DNA from: Tubiluchus corallicola
Lineage: Eukaryota > Animalia > Priapulida
Direction of reading: 5' to 3'
DNA length: 64,000 bases
Assembly: GCA_030141605.1 (NCBI GenBank)
Contig: JAQGDQ010000962.1
Coordinates: 1-64,000, forward strand
Below, piece after piece: positions 1-57,100 of this stretch. Position numbers and translations under genes: made by a program. The notes below the pieces were generated by a model. It saw only the letters and a list, made by a program, of their open reading frames with translations, did no database searches and was not told the DNA's origin. Positions within the stretch are counted from its first letter, which is position 1. Each line of letters begins with the position of its first letter.

Positions 1-78
1 GAAGACGGCAAAAAACACCAACAAAAAAATGCTGATTTAATGGAACTTCTCCACGAAATTCGACACAAAGCTTCGGAG
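1..78 (+). other. Possible coding exon of an unidentified plus-strand gene or element, cut by the window edge
   Basis: Open frame EDGKKHQQKNADLMELLHEIRHKASE followed by a strong donor GAG|GTAAGC. Confidence 0.3.
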
Positions 79-892
79 GTAAGCAGAATCACTAGTCAAA
101 GTTTCTGTGCATTTCTTGTGTTTATTTTTAGTTTTTTTACAACTGTTTGCATTAACTCTTTCAGGACTGCACCATTCAAAATAAGTCTTATAAGATCGAT
201 GATTTTTCTTCTACTTCTCAGACATAACTAATGCATCCAATTATGCTATTTGTTTAAACATTTATAAGTGATTTAAATGGATAAATTAAGAAAAACACAG
301 GCACTCCAACATAGCCTATCCTATAGCTTAGTTTGGTGTACACTTGTGTGATCCTACACACTATTTTATTGATCGCCTGCTTGCTATAGTCTGGGAGAAC
401 CGTCTGCTGTACATATTTCCAGGAAAAGCCAACCGAACGGCCAAGGAGAAATTAAGGAAAGCCAACCAATCAGCCAATGAGAAATTAAGGTTGTTTCATC
501 CTTTAAAAGAAAGTCTGCCTTCAAAATAGAGTAGAAATGAAAATTACATGAAAGTCCATTGTGTGAGGAGTAGAAAACTATAAAAATTATCAAATATAAT
601 GTAACCATTGCTTGGTGAGAGCAGTTTTTCATGAACTCGTGCAAAGTGCAGCAAATGCTTACGGTCCTGAAGGAGATAACAAGCTTTACATTAAGATAAA
701 TGAGCACTATATATATATATTCACGAATCAGCAATAGTGTTCTCTCAAGAAGTTCCTTACCGCATCAGCCAAAGCTACGCGAACCGAATTACTACGTCGT
801 GGAAAATCAAAAGATGGCCTTACCAGATGTTTAGATACAACGTCAAATAATTGAGCTAGCCTCTTCAGATATCCATTACAGTATTAATACCT

Positions 893-1444
893 TTGCATTT
901 GAGATGATTGTATATTGTTTATGATTCTTGCATTTGAGATGATTGTATATTGTTTGTGATTCTTGCATTTGAGATGATAGTATATTGTTTGTGATTCTTG
1001 CATTTGAGATGATAGTATATTGTTTATGATTCTTGTTGAGATGATTGTATATTGTTTATGATTCTTGCATTTGAGATGGTTGTATATTGTTTGTGATTCT
1101 TGCATTTGAGATGACTCTATATTGTTTATGATTCTTGCATTTGAGATGATTGTATATTGTTTGTGATTCTTGCATTTGAGATGATTGTATATTGTTTATG
1201 ATTCTTGTATTTGAGATGATTGTATATTGTTTGTGATTCTTGCATTTGAGATGGTTGTATATTGTTTATGATTCTTGCATTTGAGATGATTGTATATTGT
1301 TTATGATTCTTGCATTTGAGATGATTGTATATTGTTTGTGATTCTTGCATTTGAGATGATTGTATATTGTTTGTGGTTCTTGCATTTGAGATGATTGTAT
1401 ATTGTTTGATTCTTGCATTTGAGATGATTGTATATTGTTTATGA
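893..1444. repeat. 35-bp minisatellite, about 16 copies
   Basis: Unit TTGCATTTGAGATGATTGTATATTGTTT(A/G)TGATTC. Confidence 0.95.
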
Positions 1445-2059
1445 GAGGCTTTCAAGTAAAGTTTTAGAAATGGGTACATACGGTCTGCGTACAGCAATAG
1501 AAAATAACCAATAACAAGGTTCTTACATTGACTCTCACAAAACAATCATTAACAAATGATGAAATCTGGTACATTTTACATAATTTTATTTTGCTTTCTC
1601 ACTTCTACAATGGCTTTTAGAAAACAACAATAATTTGTACGAAATGTGGAAAAACTGCCTCATTTTTGACATGTAGTCATTGCATTTGTGCAAACGTAAA
1701 TTCAGGCCAACAAAAACTAAACACGAATAGTCGATATCATATTAAAAATAGCATTAATAATATACAGTTATTTGTTATTCATTTAGTTTAAAATCAGTAT
1801 GGCCTTACAGGTACATGCAACTTCGCTTCTTTTAGTGTCATTATTGCATAGTCAAATTAATTTGTCAACTATTTTGCTTTTAATTAGGTAGTTTTGCCCA
1901 TAGAACTCTGCTTTACTAATTTTGTTTTCACTTTGTTTTGTGCAAATTTGCATAATTTTATTTACCATAATTGTTTGCTATTAATTTAGTTTTGACCTGT
2001 TTTCCTATTCTAATATTCATTTTGTTCTAACAATATTTGCTCGCCATGCTGAAATTAGT

Positions 2060-2223
2060 AGACTCACTATTTAGGGATGGCAGACTAGATGACCTTTTGG
2101 TCTTTCGCCATCCCCGTCGTTCTTTAATCTTTGTAAATCATTGTTATATACTATCTATGATTGTTATTTTGAAGGCAAAAAATAAATTATTATTATTATT
2201 ATTAATATTATTATTATTAATAA

Positions 2224-2258
<35 letters not shown>
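2060..2258 (+). mobile_element. LINE (CR1/L2-group-like) 3' end with stem-loop, AATAAA and (TTA)n tail
   Basis: GGGATGG-cagactagat-GACCttttGGTC-tttcg-CCATCCC, then AATAAA and a TTA microsatellite. Confidence 0.55.
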
Positions 2259-3094
2259 GTCGCATGCTGCAGTTTCAAGTTTTCAATAAGATGTGAGAAC
2301 CGTATTGGTGATCATCTTTGATGATTTTTGCAACATTTTTTTGCATTAACAAAGATTTATTTCAATAATTTCTATTTTTATGGTCTCACGTTCCCTAAGA
2401 CCCTAAGATCCTCTGAAAGTACAACACACTTTTTTAACTCCGAGTTACTTCAAAACTGTTTTAGTCCCACGGTTTTTAACCAGTCCTATACAGTGGCTGC
2501 TCACTGCTTAAATTAGTGTAAAACGAAACGAACATATGTAATTTTATTGGTGTAAATCATAATTGTAATTTTAAACATACGAACATAAGAAAATCTATGC
2601 ATAAACTTGATAAAATCCTAGATAAATTTTTTTTGCCTATGAATAACCTGAATTGACGCAGTTCAAGAATATGCCGGTATACGGTTTTTAAGCACGTGAC
2701 AACTGATAACACACACCGCATGAGCCACAGTACTCTTTCTACCCAAAGTGCAGCATCTTATCTCAGACATATGCACATGGCCGCATGTGCATAGCAGCCA
2801 AACACCACGTTGCTTGAGCTGTGAGCGCACTGTGCTGGGCTGTGAAGCAAACAGTATTACCCTCTTGTGCTCTGGTTTCGTATAAGTATAAAGAAAAAGA
2901 CCCATTATATTGAATATTATCGATAATACCGAGTGAAAATAGGGGGTGCTGCAGTTCCACAAAGCTAATACACGAGTCGCCACTGGTCCTATGAAGACAA
3001 TGCCGTAATCCTCCTGAACAGCATCATTTGCTTCTGATAATATATACAATTCTTATCTCAGGCAAACTATTGGTAGCTCTCACTCAAATTTTAC

Positions 3095-47241
<44,147 letters not shown>

Positions 47242-47594
47242 GATTCTTGCAGTTCATATCAAGTGATGAAATGCTAAAATGGAGGTCTTTATAAAAACAA
47301 CACTAACGACAGTTGCTGTTGCAAGTTATTCCCTTCTGATATGCTGAAACTTATGGCCATGCAACTGTAACTTCAAAAAGAGGAACATCTTCAATTAATT
47401 ATTGATGAATCAATGATTAATCCTATCATTAAATAAGATAAGCATGTGTAGGCAATTACTAGACATAGACAGAAAACTAGACTGGATCTGGTGCACTAGA
47501 CGTGATAACGAAAATTAGCAGTTCTTCGCATAAGGCTGTTCCTACTAACGATCAAATTCGAATCTTCAATTCGCACTTGAATGCAAAGTTTTAA

Positions 47595-48262
47595 AGCACA
47601 AGAAAGCCATCCACATACATAAAGATTAAGAAATTCGTCTTGAAATTTTATACCACTTCTTGCCTTTCTGCATGCCGGGCTTGCGTCGGCAGTAACGCTG
47701 TATAAAACTTGTAAATTTAAACTCCCGCGATGACCGTTAGGCACAGCATTTCAATGGTAGGTCGTTTGAAACAAGTTTAGATAACATTGCGCAAAGTTTG
47801 AAAAAATAATCAGAGCATTCGTAGCGCTCAAGTCACTAACTAAATAAAATTTAAAATTACTGTATCTTGTCAATAAGATTGAAAATACGTTTTTTGGTTA
47901 GTGAGTGGCGTACCCTGGAGGGTGAGCCAACGACATTTTACCAATTGATACAAAAATTTTAAATTATTATTTCTAATTGCATAAGTTTTCCGGTAGGTAA
48001 GCGAAATCTAAGTAATATAGATTTACATGGAAAGTTGTTTGGGGCATAGTTCAACATTTTATTTTCTTCCCCTGATTTACATTGTGCATAAACGACGTCA
48101 TGTAATGACGTGGTCGGAACAGCATTGCAGGAGACTTAAATGAAAACAAACAAAAATTTCTTTGAGTGCAAGTATGAAATATGCATGAAATTACTGTAAA
48201 GTAATATAATTTTTACGGCAATTTTTCTGAAACCCACTTCAGGTACCCCATTTTCTTGTCCT
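47595..48262. mobile_element. Kolobok-like element, family 2
   Basis: TTAA-AGCACAAGAAA...TTTCTTGTCCT-TTAA. Confidence 0.75.
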
Positions 48263-49009
48263 TTAAAGTAATTCAAAGACTTTGCTTCTACTAATTTCAG
48301 ATTTAAACAAGTTTTAATGTTATAAATATTGAGCTTCATCAAATAAGTTAACCAAGGAGAACATTAAACCTGATAAATTACAGGTTTAAGAATTCTAGTA
48401 AATGCAACAGATCTACATGGAATCCTCTACTGAAGATGAAACACAGAACCGTCCTAAACAAGACACAAAATTCAGAAACATCATGACAGGTACACCCATC
48501 CAATTACTAACCCACTTGACATTTCTAAAATATTACAAAGTATCACAACTATTTCCCCACAGCTGTAAATGGAAAACACGTGGCCCTAGGGGTCTTACGA
48601 CATTAAGGTGTTGCAACATTTCTAGTCACACAATAACTTGTGTTGATACTCTGCAGTAGTACCTCCAGTCCATAACTACATGTATGCACACTACTGATAC
48701 AGTACATTGTGCAAAACAACAATCAAGCTTGCACGTCCATTGTTAAGTTACTTAACGTTTATTGTACAATGTGGGCAGAGTCGCATTCTGTAGCCAAAAA
48801 GTCATTAAGCCACCTTAAATTGGGGCTGCTAAGAGAGGATTTGTGTAAATTAATGACAGCAAAATAAGGTGGAAGGTGCCGCCACGTAAGTAAAATTGTA
48901 TGCAGTCACTGTACTGCATCGCTATGTACCGAAAAGTGGTACTTGACACTTGGTAGTATGGTTTACAAGGAATTTAACCCAGACACCAGAGAATACTATA
49001 GAAAAATAC

Positions 49010-49270
49010 TGCATGGCTTTCTCTGGACTAAGGCTACAAGTACATTACTTAAGAATTGAGACCGGAAGATGGGACGGTGAACAGAGAAACCAAAGACTAT
49101 GCACATGCAGAGAGATACAAACAGAAGAACATGTATTAATGAACTGTAACTTAAATATTGAGATTAGAAGGAAATATCATAGTGTGAACCTTTCTGCACT
49201 GTCTAATATTACGGAGAGCAACTGTGCATTTGAAATTAGCTCTCAAGTGCTGCAAACTTTTCAAAATTAA
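49010..49270 (+). mobile_element. LINE ORF2 C-terminal zinc-finger fragment
   Basis: LRLQVHYLRIETGRW..RNQRLCTC..QTEEHVLMNC. Confidence 0.75.
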
Positions 49271-50299
49271 CAGTGGTTTTATTAATACTTACTAATCGCC
49301 TAAAATATCAAACTAAAATGTGAAACCACTTTTTCAATGGTATAAAGTTGGTACAACTATTTTATTCTATATGCTAATATGATCCACCTGGGATAAATTC
49401 TTGAAAAGAATAATGAATGGACTGTAAATTTTATTATTTTCTACTACCCAAGTTTTTGTATTAATCATTGTATTTATAGTCAATAAACTATACTACTAGT
49501 ACACAGAGATGTCAAGCAAGCGTGAGCATCCTGCATAGTATGCACATATTCGCAAACGTGCACAGTATTTATCCATTAACACTGTGAGTAATTCACACTC
49601 TGAGTCGCATTTTAAAATTATATTTTAATTTACGTATATGTTTTAAGTGTTCCATATATTGTCGAGGTAAACAGTGAGTAAGGACGCCCATTGAAAAGAA
49701 GTGCAAGTGGGTTAGCCACGAAAGTCCAATTATCTTCTGTTACATATTTATTTGAAACGTAATTTGGCCATTTGTATGCCCAAGTAACAGTCACCAAAAC
49801 TTTCGTTTTCACAAGACAAACACATTACATTGATTAAAAATGGAACATTATTGACGCTACAAAATTACTTTTCAAGTTTACCACCAAATTCGTGAATAGC
49901 GTCAAACAACAATTTGTTGCAACAATAGAAAAAATCTTCAAATTTTTGTAAGTACAAAAGTATGGTGTGTTCGTTACGACGAGACAAACTGTGCGAGCCA
50001 GTAAGCCAGCAACAACACCAGAAGAATTATTTGCTTGTTTTTTTCTAAATTTTATTACTTAAATAAATAGGAATTCTAGAGCTCTCTACTTCTGCGCTTT
50101 TATAAAAGTTTGTGAACAACGAACACAAAGATTTTGATATTAGATTTAGCTAAAATAATGGTAACAATAGGCCTTAGTCAATGCATCATTAAAGTAAAGT
50201 AAAATATGATAGCGCGCGGTGCATTGTGCAGGAAAATCACAATGTATACAGACTTGTTTAAAAATAAAACTAGGAATAAGGTTGTAAACTTCTCAGCGA

Positions 50300-51390
50300 C
50301 AAATTAAATGGTGATGCGAAAATGCGGGTGTCATTATAAATATCGGGGTGATTATGTGACTAAAAATGATGGACGTGGAATGACTTTTGACAAAAGGAGT
50401 AGAAAAATTGCATATATGAAAAGAGAATTAATGAACAGGAGTAACTCAAATGAAGTTGGGTGGGAATACATGAAGATAAGACTATCGTTATACGAGACAC
50501 TCATACCTTACCTTATTTGGTTATATTAACATCTTATTACCAGTCACATTACCATCCATCATGTTTAACACAGAAACATGGGCTGAGTTAAACAAAACTC
50601 AGTGGAAGCAAATTGAAAATTGAAAAGTGACAGAAAGACACACTGTGCAAAATAGTAAATTAAACAATTAGTACTAGTTATTTGGGCTTACTGTTAGTAC
50701 TTGGAATTTGACCCCTTGAACAATGGAAAATTAACATGGTTAAGAACATTAGGGAATTCTGATGAGGACAGAGATGCATGTAAAATACAAAAAAGCATTA
50801 CACAAACAACTATTCGGGTCGACTTATCTTTCAATCTTCCCTTTCAAAGTCATAGCCGGGACCTAGAGTTGAACTCAGTTATGGTTTCTTCAGTTATGGT
50901 GCCTGTGCAACGATGTTGCTTATGTGCACATTCCACATTAAATGATTTGCTATCGTGATGACAAGAGTTTTAATAGATAATTTATCCACAATCGGTCCGT
51001 CTTTAAGATAACATGCGATTTTCAAGTAACAGAGCAGAACAATAGCTAGGGTAAACTAGGACAATGAAATATGTTTTAAATGTGCAGAAAAAGCACTTAA
51101 CGAAACTATAGAGTGGAAGTTAAATATGGTCTGAGTTAAAGTAAATTATAGAAATAGATTTAAACGAGATGTCAAATGCTCATTATGCGAAAACAGTGAA
51201 GACACTACAGAACATTCATTAATGTGTGAAAAACTGATTGGAAAAATGGGTGCAAGTAACATTGCAATAGACGATTGGTATGTTGATAATGCCGGTAAAT
51301 TGAAGGATGCAAATGTCAGAATCAACCAAACCCTGAAAGTAAGAAAGTTGTTGGGGGCTGGTTTTGTTATTTCAAAAAGAAGACAGTGTT
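50300..51390 (+). mobile_element. Decayed LINE ORF2 fragment
   Basis: Broken frames YKYRGD, LYETLIPYL, ETWAEL and CSLCENSEDTTEHSLMC zinc knuckle at about 51175-51230. Confidence 0.55.
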
Positions 51391-52994
51391 GCAAAACTTA
51401 ATTAGGCTTGCACTTAGAGATAAGTGCCTTCCAGACTAAGAGAGAGGCCGTTGTGAAACAGCTGTAAACCGCCGAAACAGTAAAACCGAGTTGACTGTAA
51501 AATGAAACCCAGTTAGTGTCAAAAGATTTTGTTATTGGTCTTTTGAAAATTTGGAAATTTTGTGTTTGGACGCTGGAGTTGAAATTTATTGTCATTTCTA
51601 AGTAATTTCAGATTCGAGAAAGCACCATCCTTATGCATTTATAATCCGAAAATGTCACACTTAGTAAGTGTCGTTAAAGTGTATCTATTTCTTGACGGAG
51701 GTAGCAGTGTCATGCAGCTGCATGAAGTTGGACCTGAGTTATACTAAATACCCTGTTGTATTAGAATGCTGAGATGGCCGATTTAACAACGTATATGTTC
51801 TTTTGCCATCCATTTCCTATTAAAATATTGCTAATTTTTGTAAAATCGCATGCACTAAACTATCCTGGAAATAAATAAAGCTGAGTATACTACTAGTCAA
51901 CTGCGATGTACCATAGACTGTCTTCTTTTTACTAACGCAGACCTGCCAGCTGTCACGCATGTGACACATGCATTTGTAAATCTTTCACATGTGCACATGC
52001 ATCAAATTTCAGTTCTCAAGCATTCCGCAACTTTACACGCAAGTTTGCAAATCACCTGGCTTCCTTTGTCAAAAGTACCAACCGCAATGCAAATAATGGT
52101 ACTCCTGTTGAGCCAACAAGAACACTATTGGTGCACCTACTGCATATAAAAATAAATCGGTGTTTTTTTGGTCAACATTAGCTTTAGTACAAATTTTTTG
52201 CTGCAAATTCTTTCACTCATTTACTTTAAATGTGACATGTGAGTCGCAAATGATAGAAAGTCAAAACCAATGTAATGTTCAGTACTAAAGCATCTGGAAT
52301 GCTAATTCATTGTTTAATCATGTAGGGTAACGTGAGAGTGCCTTTAATAGCTCCCAAGAGCCGTCTGTCAGTCAATTGATTTTATGTGGAGGTGAAAAAC
52401 CTGGGCATCCTTATAACCCCAAGAGACACCTATCACGTGTTTCAGTAACGTGGGACAGTGGCAGTACATCAAAAGAACAGTGATAAGGATCTTTTTAAAT
52501 TGCTCAGAGTATTGACTTATTGTATAAACTGTCGATTTTAATTTTACTCGCATTTTTTTAGAATTTTCTACAACTTTTGTAACTTGAACCCTTCAAAAGC
52601 CACTTGGTTCACTTCATATAAGTATAATGTTGCTACATAGGCATTCTCCCCATCTAGCGACTGAAGCTAAAATTAACTTATTTCGCTCTGTATTTTTCAA
52701 AAAAATTGAAGTGTAACAATTGTCTAGATTATCAGTCTACATACTTTAACAGTGTGCAATTCATTGGTGTCAACTTTAAAACAGTTAAAGAAACTTTTTG
52801 TATATCATACTGTGCAGCTATGATTGAATTGAATAAACCAAGAGTATGAGTCAGCTTAAATTCAGTAATTAGTAACTTAGTTGATTCTTTCAACATAACG
52901 CTTATATGAATACTCTTCAGAGCTAGGATACTAAGTACAATTAATAAAAATGAGTTCGTTAATTGAAATTTGGCAGTCAGTTTGTCTACTAGCT

Positions 52995-53194
52995 TTTTAA
53001 TGGATAACTGGTTATGCTGTATTTAATAGTCCAGTATTTTGTTAGAACAAAAACATTTGGTAGTATTTAGCATAATAGTATAATAATAACAATTTTAATG
53101 GATAACTGGTTATGCTGTATTTAATAGTCCAGTATTTTGTTAGAACAAAAACATTTGGTAGTATTTAGTATAATAGTATAATAATAACAATTTT
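52995..53194. repeat. Tandem duplication of about 98 bp, two copies
   Basis: TTTTAATGGATAACTGG...ATAATAACAA occurs twice. Confidence 0.9.
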
Positions 53195-53919
53195 ATTTAG
53201 TAGCTATATAACAGAAAATTGTTTTAAATGGAGCAGTGAATATTTGAGTCTCAAGGCACACTGCCGCCTATGTTTTCCTTGTAAAGGATGGAAGGCGGTA
53301 GACTGCCGCCCAATCTCAGCACTAAGCGCAGTTGCCTAGGTCTGTTTATTTCACTGCTACAGCCATGCAAAAACATTGTAGAAAAGCTTAACATCCGTGG
53401 GATTATGGTTGCTTCACAACAAGTAATGCTAACCAACCAATCAGCATCCGAAGCCAGGTGCATTCCATAATACTATACTGTATAGTATGTTCTCATGCAA
53501 AGTTGCTTGTTGATAGTTGGTGAAACGTGTTTAGTCACTTTTTCTGCATTCTTATAAAATAATTGCATATTATGATTTAGTATTATGACTTTTGTGTTAA
53601 TCGGCTTCTAAATATAAGAATGTGCTTATCTGTGTGGGTGTGCATGTGCGTATATGTGTGCACGGATGTGTGTGCATGTATATACATAATACTAATATTC
53701 AATATTAGTGTTTAATAACAAATGGTTATTTGTTTATTTACAAGATTCTGTTTTAGTGACACACCACAAAAAGTTATTGCCTAATGTGCAAAAGCCAATG
53801 CGGCCCAGTTAAAAAGCAACTACGTAGTGAAAGGGTTAATTGTTTTCTACATAGTCACACTCTGATACGGGTATGTCACTAATAAGGCTGTTTTTCTTTC
53901 TTTAGGATATTAATTGATC

Positions 53920-54111
53920 ATGGCATTAAGCACTCTGCTTAAGAAAGCAACATCTCTGTTTGGCTTCACAAACAACTCTTTGCAGCCTAATCCACTAGAT
54001 GGCGAAATCATCTACAGCAAGAATCACGTGTGTGTCCATCCGCCAAATTCGAGCGGTCGCAAGCAAGACCATCATCCTGGTTACTTGTCTATACACTGCA
54101 AAGAACAGCCT
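53920..54111 (+). CDS. TBC1D16: TBC1D16 first coding exon
   Basis: Acceptor tttag ending 53905, ATG 53920, donor GTAAGC. Confidence 0.88.
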
Positions 54112-57100
54112 GTAAGCAACAATGCAAGGGTATGATGTTGTTTCTGTAAATACAAGCTTTCTTGTGTTGTAAAATATGCCTGCTGTAAGCTGCCGAAATT
54201 TGCTTCGTTTTCTAATAATGATTACCAAGTCACTGATTTTACACTTTAGTAGAGGGAGTATTCGCGCACTTGAAAATCAAGCTTTCTATAGATGTATTTC
54301 TTGTACTGTTATGTTCTGTACTGTAATTTTTGAATACGTAAATAACCATTTGTTATGCAGTAAACTCCGCATAACTCAAATCCAACTGGACCGAAAAACA
54401 AAATTTTAGTTAGGCGATGTTGACCATTTCCCAGCATAGAAACTCTAAACTCCTCCTCCATGTGGCGAGTTTAATAGCAGGCAGAAAATCAACCCTTCTA
54501 TACGTAAACGACGAGATTTGATGACTAATTACCAAATTAATTAGTGAAACACGATTTTTTTTGTTGCAAAAGGACCCGCACACAGCACTGTTAAACAATA
54601 TGACAGTGGGACTATCAATGTTTTACGTATTGCAGTTTCAGTTTGTCCGTATTTCTCAATTATTTACATACTCTCCGTCAAGTATTCAGTATTCAAGCAT
54701 TGAGTTGTATAGAGTTTGTGAATTCGAACAGACAATGGCAATAGAGCGATTATTTTCACGTTGCCGACTGAGACTTTCGGGGAAAGCTCAATCCCGGAGA
54801 AAATGATGGGGAGGGGGGCGCGACTTGTAAGACGTCAGAATTTTCCCGGAAGACTATACCGTTTTTGAGTTGTACGAAACTTTTATTTTTCTAGAGTACA
54901 AATTGCATTTTTGAGTTAGGCGAAGTAAATTACAGTGTTCCCTCGCTACTTCGCGGTTCGTTTATCGCGGACTCGCTGTTTCGCGGGTTTTCCAAAATAT
55001 TAATGTAAAATATTTATTGCAGTAGTATCGCTGTTTCGCAGGTTTTTGCGGTACTCGATCTAAAGTATTTTTGCACATGCATAGTACGTATTGTACAGTA
55101 ATGTATAAATTTGATGAATTTTGCATAAAAAATCACATGTATAAAAATATATTAAAAATATCAACTCTAACATTAAAAGAATATTATAAATTATAAAAAA
55201 TTACTATTTACAGTAAATAGTGTATTTTTTCGGCGGATGAATACACACCAAAAGTGAAATGTAGTACTTGTGTCCCTACTTCGCGGAAATTCACTTATCG
55301 TGGGAACCCGCGGAACACCCGCGATAAGTGAGGGAACACTGTATATGTATTTTGATTAAATGGAGCATAAAAAATAAAATTTATTTGAGTTAGGCGAAGT
55401 TTTGAAGTTAAGCAATGCTTTTTTGTGGGCAAAATGAAGGATTTCATCCATTCCGCTGAGATTCTTTGACTTAGGTGAAAATTTGAGTTACCCAGAATTG
55501 ACTGTATATTTCAAATCAGATGAATTTGAGTATTATGAAAGTAACATTGCTTATTTAGAAAAAGTTATATAAAGTTGCTTATCCAAACTTAATATAGGTA
55601 GGTGGTAAAACTCTGATACTGACGTGGATACCTAATACTATGCTAAACAAGAGTCCTCAGACCATGCACAAGCGTGGCGCCACCAGCGGATCACCTGTGT
55701 TGTCTGGTGGTGGTAGTCCGTGTGACACTCCGCGATCAGAAAGCACTGCACAAGGTAAGGTTGTGTAAACTGTACATGATAACTAATTTGATTAATAGAG
55801 TGAACAAACCCACTATTATTAAATTTTTGAAGTTGAACTTGGGCTTTCGTAGGCCAAAGGGAAGGAAATATGAAAAAAACAGGACTGGAATCCTGTGTAA
55901 TGGCTTCTACACACGTAATAGATGTGGTTTGGTTACACCGATAAAAATAATTCTGTGATTAAAATTATGAGTAATGTGTAACCGATTAATTTTTTTAAGT
56001 GTCTCACAGTTTCATGTGAAACATATTTCACAGAGTAAATCACAAAAGATATAAGTTACCGTATATACTCGCATATAAGCCGAATTTAGAACTATAAAAT
56101 ACAATACTGAAATCAGGGGGTCGGCTTATATGCGCATGAAACAAAACGAACACAAGGACAGACACTAATGCCAATTTTCCAGCCACACATTTTCATCGCT
56201 ATCTGACTCTTTATTTGGTTGTGTATCACCAGTGGTGTATTGGAGGGGGATCGTGGGGGATCGCCGTCCACCCACTTTTTTTTAGAAAAAATTCACATTT
56301 CAATAAATGTCTGCTTTTTGTATTCATAAAAGTAAGCATTTTACATCTTTATAGTAAAAATTTCTATGAACCAAAAATACCCAATTAACAAAATGTGACA
56401 AAAAGGGATCAATTTTGTTGATTGGGTATGGAGTAAAATTAGACAAGTTGATGGTCGGCTTATATACGGGTTTTTGCAAAAACTGGCCATTTTAAAGCAG
56501 TTTTAGGGGGTCGGCTTATATGCGATGTAGGCTTATATACAAAAACTATATCTTCTTTAACATACACTATCTATCATTTAATCATTTCAAATCACTAAGT
56601 GAAATGAGATCCAAATTTTAAACAAACTTTTTCGACGATGAGGGAAATTTGACTTTACTCCATGTCCATTGATTAGGACCATGCTATATTTTAAACTCTT
56701 CACCATATCATGTAACATGGATGTTCATGTCTATTGAGCAGTGCATTTTGTGCTGTATAAATGGGAAATTTATTCAGGTTGAAATTTCGAGTGTAATGAC
56801 ATGCAGACACGAAGAAAACACAACAGATTTTCACAACTGTAATTTTGTTGCTTGGTGCATTGTCACTGAGCCGGATTAGTCTGTTTTAGTGAATATTTTA
56901 CTTTCTATCTTCTTGCGGAAACTCACTGATGCTCGCACTGGGTCTAAGGGTGGCAGACGCTTACTGCGGCGTGCTATCATGGAAGAATTGACCAAATAGC
57001 TTTTGTGACAATATCGTAAAAGATTTCAGAAAGTTCTTTCTGTGGAGGCCATCACAGTGTGTGATCTTTTCCGGTTTTCCTTAACCATTCAATCCAGTTT

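Noticed and set aside
893-1444. 35-bp repeats as a CRISPR array; ORFs 884-1105 and 1126-1545
   Set aside because: Head-to-tail units with no unique spacers, in a eukaryotic context with no cas genes; the ORFs only translate the repeat.
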